Positions 18,735-26,222 of a stretch of 32,000 bases of DNA are shown piece by piece. The position numbers and the translations under genes are program-made. The stretch is taken from positions 330,001-362,000 of the forward strand of contig JASBSB010000006.1 of NCBI GenBank assembly GCA_030149205.1, in the 5' to 3' direction. Numbering within the stretch: position 1 is the stretch's first letter; every line of letters starts with the position of its first letter. A model generated the notes under the pieces. That model saw nothing but the letters and a program-made list of their open reading frames with translations. It ran no database searches and was not told the DNA's origin. This stretch comes from Candidatus Heimdallarchaeota archaeon. Its GTDB lineage: Archaea; Asgardarchaeota; Heimdallarchaeia; Heimdallarchaeales; Kariarchaeaceae.

Positions 18735-19775
18735 ATGCGTTGGATTACCCTTCTGATTATGTTCATGATTTCATCCATGCTGTTCGCACCTGTATCTAGT
18801 GAAGTTAAGGCTGAATGGAAAGGGGGTCAACATTTTAAGCTTTATGAAGTATCGTCGAATGGGCGTAGTTTTTTGTATGATAATCAACCATTCACGGAGA
18901 GCACTGAGAAGAGTCAGGTGACAATAAGCTACAGAATAATTGATGTAAACTACAACAATCAGACTATGATATTAGCGAAACCACCATACACTGTTACTCA
19001 AAACACTGAAAATTATTCTGCATCTTCTTTCGTGACTAGTTTTGTAACAAATTTTATTGCATTGCCAGGATTTGGTATTGGATCTCTATCAGAGTCAAAG
19101 CTCTATTTGTCATCTGGCCTTATTGAACCTTTAAATGTAAACATGCTTAAGAACCCCACTATCCAATTATTTGTAGAACCAGATTGGAAGAGCATTGGGA
19201 GCAGTTTAAGCGCATTGTTTTCTTCCAATCTAGATAAAGCAGGAGTCTATCATCCAATTTACACACTTACTGATTTCCTCTCTGGGACGAACACAAGTTT
19301 TGATTTTAATGGGGCCACAAAGGTGACAGACATACCGATTGTACTCAACCAAGCAGAAAGAAGTTGGAATTTTGAATATCACACCTTCCAGTCAATAGCA
19401 AGGGGGCTTGCTGAATATTCCTTTTCTTTTCAACTGAGTTACAAAACTTCTGGTATGCTTGACTTTTTCTCCTATAAGCAGATATACAAGTGGACAAAGC
19501 CTCCAGAGACTTTCGGAGTTGGTACGGGTTCAAGGGATTCAGTTTTATCAAAGACCCTAGCACAGCATGAAACCCGCAGCAAATTTGGAAGGATTAGCTT
19601 AAATTCCTCCATAATTGGATCAACCAATCCCTTTGATCTGTTGGGTCTTTTAGCTGGGCTTAATTCCATAGAAATTGGAATACTCCTTAATTTAGGGATA
19701 GTTCTTGTCCTGCTGGTTGTCCTATTCAGGGTACACAAGAGGTTCCCGAAAAAAATAAGGGGGTTGGATGAGTAG
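18735..19775 (+). CDS. Secreted, C-terminally anchored surface protein, subfamily A copy 3
   Basis: Signal peptide; WKGGQHF, LFVEPDW, FNGAT, FQLSY; TM followed by HKRFPKKIR. Confidence 0.85.
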   Translation: MRWITLLIMFMISSMLFAPVSSEVKAEWKGGQHFKLYEVSSNGRSFLYDNQPFTESTEKSQVTISYRIIDVNYNNQTMILAKPPYTVTQNTENYSASSFVTSFVTNFIALPGFGIGSLSESKLYLSSGLIEPLNVNMLKNPTIQLFVEPDWKSIGSSLSALFSSNLDKAGVYHPIYTLTDFLSGTNTSFDFNGATKVTDIPIVLNQAERSWNFEYHTFQSIARGLAEYSFSFQLSYKTSGMLDFFSYKQIYKWTKPPETFGVGTGSRDSVLSKTLAQHETRSKFGRISLNSSIIGSTNPFDLLGLLAGLNSIEIGILLNLGIVLVLLVVLFRVHKRFPKKIRGLDE

Positions 19776-20777
19776 TTGAATCATAAACACAGGACTTTTA
19801 GACCTTTAACCAGAAGATTGAAAATCAAGATTACCTTTTTGCTAGTTAGCACTTTATTGCTCATCTCAATATTTTCTCCTTCTGTAGTTGCTGTGACCCT
19901 ACTAAACGTTAATGTTGGGGATTATTATAAGATGACCTATACAAACCAGCGGAATGAAGCGTTGATCTCCACTTCTACAGGTTCTTCAAAAACTCCTGCA
20001 GCTGTGCAAAACTCCACCATAACTCAATCTATGGTATTTCAAATCGAACTTGCTAAAACTTCAGCACTTAATATTAAATTTAGTTCATTAGCCACAAAGA
20101 CGCTTAATCTAACAGCAACGTATTTTGCAGATCAATTTGTGAACCTGTTTCTAAGGATAAGTAGAGCCACCTTAAACAATGGAACCAATGTAACAATTGG
20201 AATTGATTCTCAGCTTAGTTCTCTGATTTTGACTAAATTTCAATACTTATTCGTAGACCCGAGTTGGACGGTGATTTCTACACTGCTTTCAGAGAGAATG
20301 ACACAGAACCTAAGTCTATCTTCTGGTTCGGGTGTTAAGCTTTCTGACCTTGGAAGCTATGTTGAAAGTTTCGATTTATTTGGTGCAAAAAGTCTTAATG
20401 AGTTACCTCAAAGTCTGAATCAACTGAAAAATTTCTTTTGGTATGAGTTGAACTTTAACATAATTACTTCCTCAGGGATAACAGAGAGACATTTTCTAAG
20501 GTTTGAACTAAAATACACAGAGCAAGGCATCTTAGATCACTATTCAAGCTTACAAACCATAGAATATAACAACTCTGGAGAGCAAACTCATATAGAGAAT
20601 TTGGAAACTATTACATTCAATCGTACAGATACCCAGAATCATATTCTTACGATCCTCAGCACAGAGAATCTTTTGCTTGTTGGTCTTTCACTTCTCAACC
20701 TTATAATTTTGATGGTAATAGTTAGAATTTGGAGGAGAAAGGGAAGAATTGTTGATTTGGATCCATACCAATCTTGA
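19776..20777 (+). CDS. Secreted, C-terminally anchored surface protein, subfamily B copy 3
   Basis: TTG immediately after the A3 stop; VNVGDYY, LFVDPSW, LFGAKS, FELKY; TM NLIILM and RRK tail. Confidence 0.85.
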   Translation: MNHKHRTFRPLTRRLKIKITFLLVSTLLLISIFSPSVVAVTLLNVNVGDYYKMTYTNQRNEALISTSTGSSKTPAAVQNSTITQSMVFQIELAKTSALNIKFSSLATKTLNLTATYFADQFVNLFLRISRATLNNGTNVTIGIDSQLSSLILTKFQYLFVDPSWTVISTLLSERMTQNLSLSSGSGVKLSDLGSYVESFDLFGAKSLNELPQSLNQLKNFFWYELNFNIITSSGITERHFLRFELKYTEQGILDHYSSLQTIEYNNSGEQTHIENLETITFNRTDTQNHILTILSTENLLLVGLSLLNLIILMVIVRIWRRKGRIVDLDPYQS

Positions 20778-20837
20778 TTTTTATCTCGTGCAAATAATTT
20801 AAGAATGTGAAAAATATGGGGAAAGCAAGTTAACCTC

Positions 20838-21977
20838 TCAAAGAACCCTTTTAATACATTGGACTGCAAACTCTATGTCTTCTTTGGTGATTCTTCCCAT
20901 ATGTCCGACTCTGAAATATTTACTTGCATATCCACCCTGTAAACCCCCTGCTACCATTAATCCCAGATCAAGTAATCTTTGACGAAAATTATTTCCATCT
21001 ACTCCTTCTGGATAGTATGGTGTCGAAAGAGTCGAGGCATAGCTTTCATCATGTGTTAGGAAGTTAAATCCAAGTTCTTCAAGAGAAGTTCTAAAGAGTT
21101 CTGCATTCTGTTTATGTCTGGTGTATCTTGATTCTAATCCTTCCTTTAGAACTATTTCTGTTGCATAGGAGTATGAGTTGATAAGGTTGGTTGCTGGGGT
21201 TGAGAAATATTTAGCGGACTCGTTTAAGTAGGCATCAATGACTGGCCACCAGTTATCAAGGTTAGAATAGTAAGAGGGAGGTTTTGCATTGTTATTCTCA
21301 ATGAGTTCTCTTGCCTTTTCTGAAAAGTTTAGTATTGCAAGCCCTGGTGGAGTTTCAAGGGCTTTTTGTGCACCTGTGAAATAAAGGTCAACACCCCATT
21401 TCTTTTGATAGACTGCTTCACCTCCAACTGCACAGACACCATCAACAACAGAAATTACTTCATTTTCTTGACAGATTCTGGAAAATGTAGATATATCATT
21501 TGCAACTCCTGTACTTGTGTCTACATGTTGGATATAGGCTATTTTGGGGTTATTTCTTTTGATACTCTCTTCGAACTCCTGTTCTGTGAACTTCTGTCCA
21601 ACCCTGCTCTCGACAAGTGAATTGCTGATCTGGAAATTATTGAGGAGTTGTTGAAACCTAATTCCGAAGTAGCCAGAGGAGAAAATCAGAGCCTTGTCTC
21701 TTTTTTGTGTGTTGATCAGGTTGACAACAGAAATTTCCATTGCCAAGGTGCCAGACCCACTTATGACAACAGGCGTGAAGGTGTCGTCAGTCCCAAATAT
21801 CTTTCGAGTGTTCTGTAATGCTAAGTTAAACCGTTGGATAAATTCTGGTTCTGTGTGAGATAATGCCCTTGTGTTTGCTTGTAAAACTCTTGGAGAGACT
21901 GGAGATGGTCCAGGTATCATCAGAAGAGGTGATTTTTTTGTGTAGGTAGAATTCATACCTGTTCTTATAAGAGACAT
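20838..21977 (-). CDS. Class V PLP-dependent aminotransferase (alanine-glyoxylate / serine-pyruvate type)
   Basis: LLMIPGPSPV, SGSGTLAME, HVDTSTGV, VVDGV, TGAQKAL (PLP lysine), FRVGHMG. ATG 21956 is an alternative start. Confidence 0.93.
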   Translation of the reverse strand: MSLIRTGMNSTYTKKSPLLMIPGPSPVSPRVLQANTRALSHTEPEFIQRFNLALQNTRKIFGTDDTFTPVVISGSGTLAMEISVVNLINTQKRDKALIFSSGYFGIRFQQLLNNFQISNSLVESRVGQKFTEQEFEESIKRNNPKIAYIQHVDTSTGVANDISTFSRICQENEVISVVDGVCAVGGEAVYQKKWGVDLYFTGAQKALETPPGLAILNFSEKARELIENNNAKPPSYYSNLDNWWPVIDAYLNESAKYFSTPATNLINSYSYATEIVLKEGLESRYTRHKQNAELFRTSLEELGFNFLTHDESYASTLSTPYYPEGVDGNNFRQRLLDLGLMVAGGLQGGYASKYFRVGHMGRITKEDIEFAVQCIKRVL

Positions 21978-22091
21978 AATTTCTACTTGTTCATACAGGT
22001 GGTTGTAAGTTGTTCCTTTGTTACAAAATATGGTGAAAAGTTGGGTAAGCCTAAAAGGTCTGGTATGTGGTTGATGAACTATTAGCCAGTT

Positions 22092-22370
22092 TCAACTTAG
22101 AGTTAGCCACAGGAGGACACTAAATGAAAGTGCTTCCAGAACCTCTAAAATAAACATAGGCATCCCCAATAGACTATCGAGATACATCATCGTTACCAGA
22201 AGATAGAGCGAGACAAGCTTTTGTACCATGAAAATACCGGTGAAGATGAGTAAGCCCATGGTGAAATTTGCCCTTATCTTTCTGTAAGATGAAAGATAAA
22301 GCGAGAATAGTACGGTAAGTATTACCAGATTTAGACCGGTTACTGTTATTGCAAGTTCCATCATTGTCAT
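22092..22370 (-). CDS. Small 3-TM membrane protein coupled to the wHTH regulator
   Basis: 92 aa with three hydrophobic helices; ATGA overlap with the upstream wHTH gene; resembles the small membrane partners found next to this archaeal wHTH family. Confidence 0.8.
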   Translation of the reverse strand: MTMMELAITVTGLNLVILTVLFSLYLSSYRKIRANFTMGLLIFTGIFMVQKLVSLYLLVTMMYLDSLLGMPMFILEVLEALSFSVLLWLTLS

Positions 22371-22663
22371 TGTTTTGTCTCCTTTGTTAACTGTAGCTTA
22401 TTCCATATCTCCAGGAATAAATCATAGGAATGGATCACATTTTCCTCGAGAAAATGTACTTTTCCATAACCGTTTCCCTCCTCCGAGATGATGTAATTTT
22501 TTTTTAGGATCTTTAGATGGTGAGTGACTGTCTTGTAATCGAGGTTCAAGGTCGTTGCAAGCTGATTTGCATTGTATGGTCTCTCATGTAATGCATGGAT
22601 TATTCTTGCTCTGTTGACTCCACCTTTTGTTCCCACAGTCAGATACCATAGGAGCCTTTTCAT
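22367..22663 (-). CDS. Archaeal ArsR-like winged helix-turn-helix regulator
   Basis: LLWYLTVGTKGGVNRARII...PYNANQLATTLNLDYKTVTHHLKIL...GYGKVHF. ATG 22663 (TTG 22666 alternative). Confidence 0.9.
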   Translation of the reverse strand: MKRLLWYLTVGTKGGVNRARIIHALHERPYNANQLATTLNLDYKTVTHHLKILKKNYIISEEGNGYGKVHFLEENVIHSYDLFLEIWNKLQLTKETKQ

Positions 22664-22682
22664 CAACCATCTTAGAATGATA

Positions 22683-22698
22683 GATACATTAATGTATC
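22683..22698. promoter_or_regulatory. Perfect 16-bp palindrome GATACATTAATGTATC, candidate operator of the wHTH gene
   Basis: Self-complementary over all 16 nt; lies 20-35 bp upstream of the wHTH ATG, where a TATA box would sit. Confidence 0.7.
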
Positions 22699-22711
22699 CA
22701 CATTATTAATC

Positions 22712-23719
22712 CTAACTGCTGAATTTTCGCTTGGAAATATATACACTCATCACAGCCAAAAATGTTAAGGAAATACCTACTGAGAGTAAATTCAGAGGTA
22801 ATCCAGATGAGCTGGTGGAACTCACGACTGATAGTTTTAAGCTTCCACTTGGAAACATGTTGACATTAGAGGTCATACTATAGGTCTTATGATCCACTGC
22901 ATTTTGAGGAATATCTCCTGCAAGTGGTTTAAATTGAAAAGGAGCTGGACTGTTATCCACCCTAGGTTCAATTGAAATTACCGTTTTTGCACCAGCTATA
23001 TTTGTTGGAAAGGTTAGTCCAGATGGAGCGTTTTTCAGAAAGTCTTCTCCTGGAAAGGGAGGTCCTCCTTGAGTGGAGCTGTATCCATCAAACTGATCTA
23101 CTCCAGTTGGCTTATCGAACTTTCCAGTGGTGACAGGAGTTCCGTTCATTACCACCCATCCCTCATATAACCAATCAGTATTGCTTAGGTCGGGAAGGAC
23201 AAGACCAACAGCAGGTGATCCAGAGGCGAGACTGAGATACCATATCCCAGAATTTTCATTTGTGTTTGCACCATCAGTTGGGGTTGCTAAAATGTAATCA
23301 CCCTTTACAGTATCAAATGATTTCCCTGTGTTTTGTGTGATTGTTGCTTTGTTAGTTTTTGTGTCAAATGTCCCAGCCAAGAGTTTTATGGAACTTGGTT
23401 GGTTGTTTGTGTCTCCTTTAGGTTCCAAGGTGAGGACAAATTTACTGATTTGTGCAGGGTCTACACCACTGACAGTAAATTGACTTATAGACTTCCCGTC
23501 AAGTGTCATAAGCTTTCCAGCTGAATCAACTGTGAATTTCCCTGTGGAGATGGGTGTCCCATTTACAATTATCCATCCCTCATAATGATCAGGTGAGGGA
23601 TTTGCAAGATTCGTGAATGTCAAGGTAATGTTGACAGATTGTGCATGTGTTGCTACGGGTAGATACATAAAAATGATCAGGGTGCCCAAAATCAACACAA
23701 GTAGACTTTTAGATTTCAT
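22712..23719 (-). CDS. Secreted surface protein with two tandem RskA-C/anti-sigma-like beta domains and C-terminal TM anchor
   Basis: ATG 23719 (MKSKSLLVL, signal peptide) preferred over the track start 23812; internal duplication YEGWIIVNGTPISTGKF / YEGWVVMNGTPVTTGKF; Ser-rich linker, TM and KRK tail. Confidence 0.8.
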   Translation of the reverse strand: MKSKSLLVLILGTLIIFMYLPVATHAQSVNITLTFTNLANPSPDHYEGWIIVNGTPISTGKFTVDSAGKLMTLDGKSISQFTVSGVDPAQISKFVLTLEPKGDTNNQPSSIKLLAGTFDTKTNKATITQNTGKSFDTVKGDYILATPTDGANTNENSGIWYLSLASGSPAVGLVLPDLSNTDWLYEGWVVMNGTPVTTGKFDKPTGVDQFDGYSSTQGGPPFPGEDFLKNAPSGLTFPTNIAGAKTVISIEPRVDNSPAPFQFKPLAGDIPQNAVDHKTYSMTSNVNMFPSGSLKLSVVSSTSSSGLPLNLLSVGISLTFLAVMSVYISKRKFSS

Positions 23720-23776
23720 ATTAAGTTCTTCCTTTTTGGTAATTACCTTTATCCGCTGGTATAAAATAGGATTTTG

Positions 23777-23863
23777 CCAAATTAGACCCAAGGGCTTACA
23801 GATTATCTCCAAAACATTCCCACATTCTTACCAAGTTTGTCCCAAATCTTACCCAAATCATCT
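23777..23863. repeat. Helically phased array of about 11-bp imperfect direct repeats (CCAAAT-like core)
   Basis: CCA cores at 23809, 23820, 23831, 23842 and 23853 (exactly 11 bp apart), plus 23777 and 23788; directly upstream of a minus-strand TTTTATA at 23760-23766. Confidence 0.6.
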
Positions 23864-23986
23864 GATTTTGTGAAGTTCAAAAATTATACAAATAAATTTG
23901 AGCTGAAGCTAGATTCAAACAGTTTTTTCTTGCATTAAAAATACATTTAGTCTGAGATTTATCCACGAGTATGGATTAGAAGGGCT

Positions 23987-24361
23987 CTAACCTGACCTCA
24001 ATTTTAAATTCTGGTTTTCAGAGTGATACTGTTTACTAATTGCATCGGTTATTGCAGAAATATGCTCATGTGATATTGGTTTTGATGAATTTACAGAAGC
24101 AAAGACAGCTTTTTGTATCTTTTCTGCTAACACCTGACTTATACTTAATGCTGCTTCAAAGTTTTGACCCTCAAATAGTATTGATGGAGGGGTCTTAAAC
24201 TCATCTCGGACATTTATCACAATCGAGCCAATTTTTGGGGAATCTAAATAAAGATAAAGAGTGAAAACTTGTCCCATTAAAAATCCAAAGGCATTCAATG
24301 AAAGATTGTCATCATATGGGATTGTAGCCGTAAGTATTTTAGGAAATTGGGGATTACTCAT
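23987..24361 (-). CDS. Proteasome assembly chaperone 4 (PAC4/PSMG4)-like protein
   Basis: Beta-rich N-terminal half, then SISQVLAEKIQKAVFASVN and a C-terminal helix, matching the PAC4 pattern as I recall it. ATG 24361 overlaps the upstream gene's stop region. Confidence 0.65.
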   Translation of the reverse strand: MSNPQFPKILTATIPYDDNLSLNAFGFLMGQVFTLYLYLDSPKIGSIVINVRDEFKTPPSILFEGQNFEAALSISQVLAEKIQKAVFASVNSSKPISHEHISAITDAISKQYHSENQNLKLRSG

Positions 24362-24581
24362 GCTTGATTTTCCAAACAAAACCACCTTTAATAGTATCTC
24401 TTTCTAAAATACCAGTTTTTGTTAAATTTATACAAGTGGTTATGACCTGCCCCCCAGATTTGCATCCTTTGCATAATTCAGGATGCTTAGATGCGTGCTC
24501 AATTATCTGTGCTGTTGTCAAACTAGGACCATAGGTCTTTAACAAATAGAGAACACATTGAGTATTGGAAGAATGATCCAC
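24354..24581 (-). CDS. Small winged-HTH protein with CxxC insertion
   Basis: 75 aa, GTG start; helix-helix-helix-wing pattern ending GILERDTIKGGFVW; CKGC motif; overlaps the PAC4-like gene by 8 bp. Confidence 0.7.
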   Translation of the reverse strand: MDHSSNTQCVLYLLKTYGPSLTTAQIIEHASKHPELCKGCKSGGQVITTCINLTKTGILERDTIKGGFVWKIKHE

Positions 24582-24686
24582 AAATCTCTATTAAAATCTA
24601 AAAATTAATAGTTTTCTAAGATGTTTAATTGACAGACTGTTTCTTAGTTTTAATTAGGATAATTTTGGAGTGGCATATTCAAAACT

Positions 24687-25019
24687 TTAATCATTTTCGT
24701 AAGGGAAGTAGACAAGGTTTTTGACCGTTTCTCTTACATTTTTCATCTCTGTGAAACATTCTTGATAAACCTCTCCAACGGGATCTTTGGACTCGTTATA
24801 CCCTGTTAGTTTTTCAAGGTGAGAATAATTTTCCAACCAGAACACCCATATTGAATGGTGATCTCCACCAATTCCAGATGTTGCAGTAACACTGTTTTCA
24901 ATCCATTTTGCTTCCTTAACCACAGAATGTAGTTTTCTTGCCACCTTGGCTGCTGCATCCATTTCGGTTGGCCAGTCAAAGTAAACGATAAGATATATTC
25001 CAGTCTCTTTTTCCGACAT
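24687..25019 (-). CDS. Hypothetical protein, possibly dimeric alpha+beta barrel fold
   Basis: 110 aa, ATG start; alternating strand/helix pattern (YLIVYFDW; SIWVFWLENYSHLEKL). Confidence 0.65.
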   Translation of the reverse strand: MSEKETGIYLIVYFDWPTEMDAAAKVARKLHSVVKEAKWIENSVTATSGIGGDHHSIWVFWLENYSHLEKLTGYNESKDPVGEVYQECFTEMKNVRETVKNLVYFPYEND

Positions 25020-25214
25020 AAGAGGAGAACCACTAAGGCCTTAAAAAAGTGAGGATTCTTGAATAAGTTTAGAGACAGATTTGTGGATTAGGATTTCGAG
25101 GTTAGTTTACCATCAAAATATCAAGTCCTCAATCAAAAATAGCTCGTTAGTCCGAAATCTTTTCAGAAGAAGTTAAAAATCCATATAATTAGGTATCCTT
25201 GTAGATGTATTAAG

Positions 25215-25439
25215 ATGGTAAAAGCATACATATTCATAACAACATTAGGGGCTCATCAGATAGTGGAAAATCTAAAAAAGATTGAGGGGGTCAAAGAGAG
25301 TTTTAACATTATTGGCACTTATGACCTATTGATAATTGTTGAGGCACCATCCACATCCAAACTAAATCAGATAATCACAGATGCAGTTCGTCAGGTTGAT
25401 GGTATACAGAAGACTATGACGATGGTTGCATTGAACTAA
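25215..25439 (+). CDS. Stand-alone Lrp/AsnC effector-binding (RAM) domain protein
   Basis: 74 aa; KAYIFI, IIGTYDLLIIVEA and VDGIQKTMT motifs; no HTH. Confidence 0.9.
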   Translation: MVKAYIFITTLGAHQIVENLKKIEGVKESFNIIGTYDLLIIVEAPSTSKLNQIITDAVRQVDGIQKTMTMVALN

Positions 25440-26103
25440 ACGCAGCTTTATCAAGATAATAATCTGGATCATTTATAAGACTAATTGGGTAATTTTCACC
25501 TTGGGTAATTCTTCTTAGAATTTCACCTTTGTTAGATCCAGTCGCTAACACAAATTTATGAGTTGCTAAATTGATACAGGTTGGTGTCAAAGTTATTCTT
25601 ATTGATTTTTGATCCTCAAGAATTGTGTGTAACACCAATCTTTTTGCAAGTTCACCATGTTTTAAAACAGAGCTGTTTGGAAATAATGATGCTGTGTGAC
25701 CATCCTCTCCTAAACCTAACAAAACTATGTCTGGTCCAGATTTATGTAGTTTAATAAAAAGCTTTCTCAGTGTAGTCTCATAAGATTTTGCAACATCCTC
25801 AGGAGTTCCAACTTGAGCTGGAATTCTGTAGAAGTTTTGGGGATGCAAAGTCTCAAAAATCATTTTAGAATTACTTTGCTTATCTGAACTGTTGACCCAC
25901 CGCTCATCAACTTGGATAAAAAAGTAATGCGAGTTGATTTTATCTCTCAATGATTGATACAGCGTTCTTGGAGTGTTCCCACCTGAGAGAGCAATTATAC
26001 ATGAACCGGTATTCTGAATGAATTTTTCAGACAAATGTAGTAATTTATCCTCAAGGTGTTTGCTAATCTCAATTAAATCTTCTCCCACATCAGCAATTTT
26101 CAT
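25414..26103 (-). CDS. pgl: 6-phosphogluconolactonase (DevB type)
   Basis: ALSGGNTP, QVDERWV, LLGLGEDGHTASLFP, RITLT; divergent from zwf. Confidence 0.93.
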   Translation of the reverse strand: MKIADVGEDLIEISKHLEDKLLHLSEKFIQNTGSCIIALSGGNTPRTLYQSLRDKINSHYFFIQVDERWVNSSDKQSNSKMIFETLHPQNFYRIPAQVGTPEDVAKSYETTLRKLFIKLHKSGPDIVLLGLGEDGHTASLFPNSSVLKHGELAKRLVLHTILEDQKSIRITLTPTCINLATHKFVLATGSNKGEILRRITQGENYPISLINDPDYYLDKAAFSSMQPSS

Positions 26104-26222
26104 ATATTCTATTTATACAAGTTCTTTTCTTAAATTCGTTCTTTGGTTCTTATTCCTAGGTATTTTTCTGATATACATAGAAAATTTTGATAAGTAAGAA
26201 ATAAATGTACACGTGAATCTTT

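Noticed and set aside
13814-20777. Interpreting the cassette array as a prophage, mobile element, CRISPR or diversity-generating retroelement
   Set aside because: No integrase, transposase, capsid, reverse transcriptase, terminal repeats, spacer array or near-identical template/variable repeat pair is visible; the copies are old and divergent.
23738-23747. 10-bp palindrome GGTAATTACC upstream of the surface-protein ATG as a second wHTH operator
   Set aside because: It does not match the 16-bp palindrome, and a 10-bp AT-centred palindrome is expected by chance.
13755-23947. ATACATT half-sites (inside the cassette promoter motif and at 23941) as evidence that the wHTH controls the surface-protein cassettes
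   Set aside because: Only half-sites are present, and a 7-bp AT-rich word is expected several times in 32 kb. Kept only as a test suggestion.
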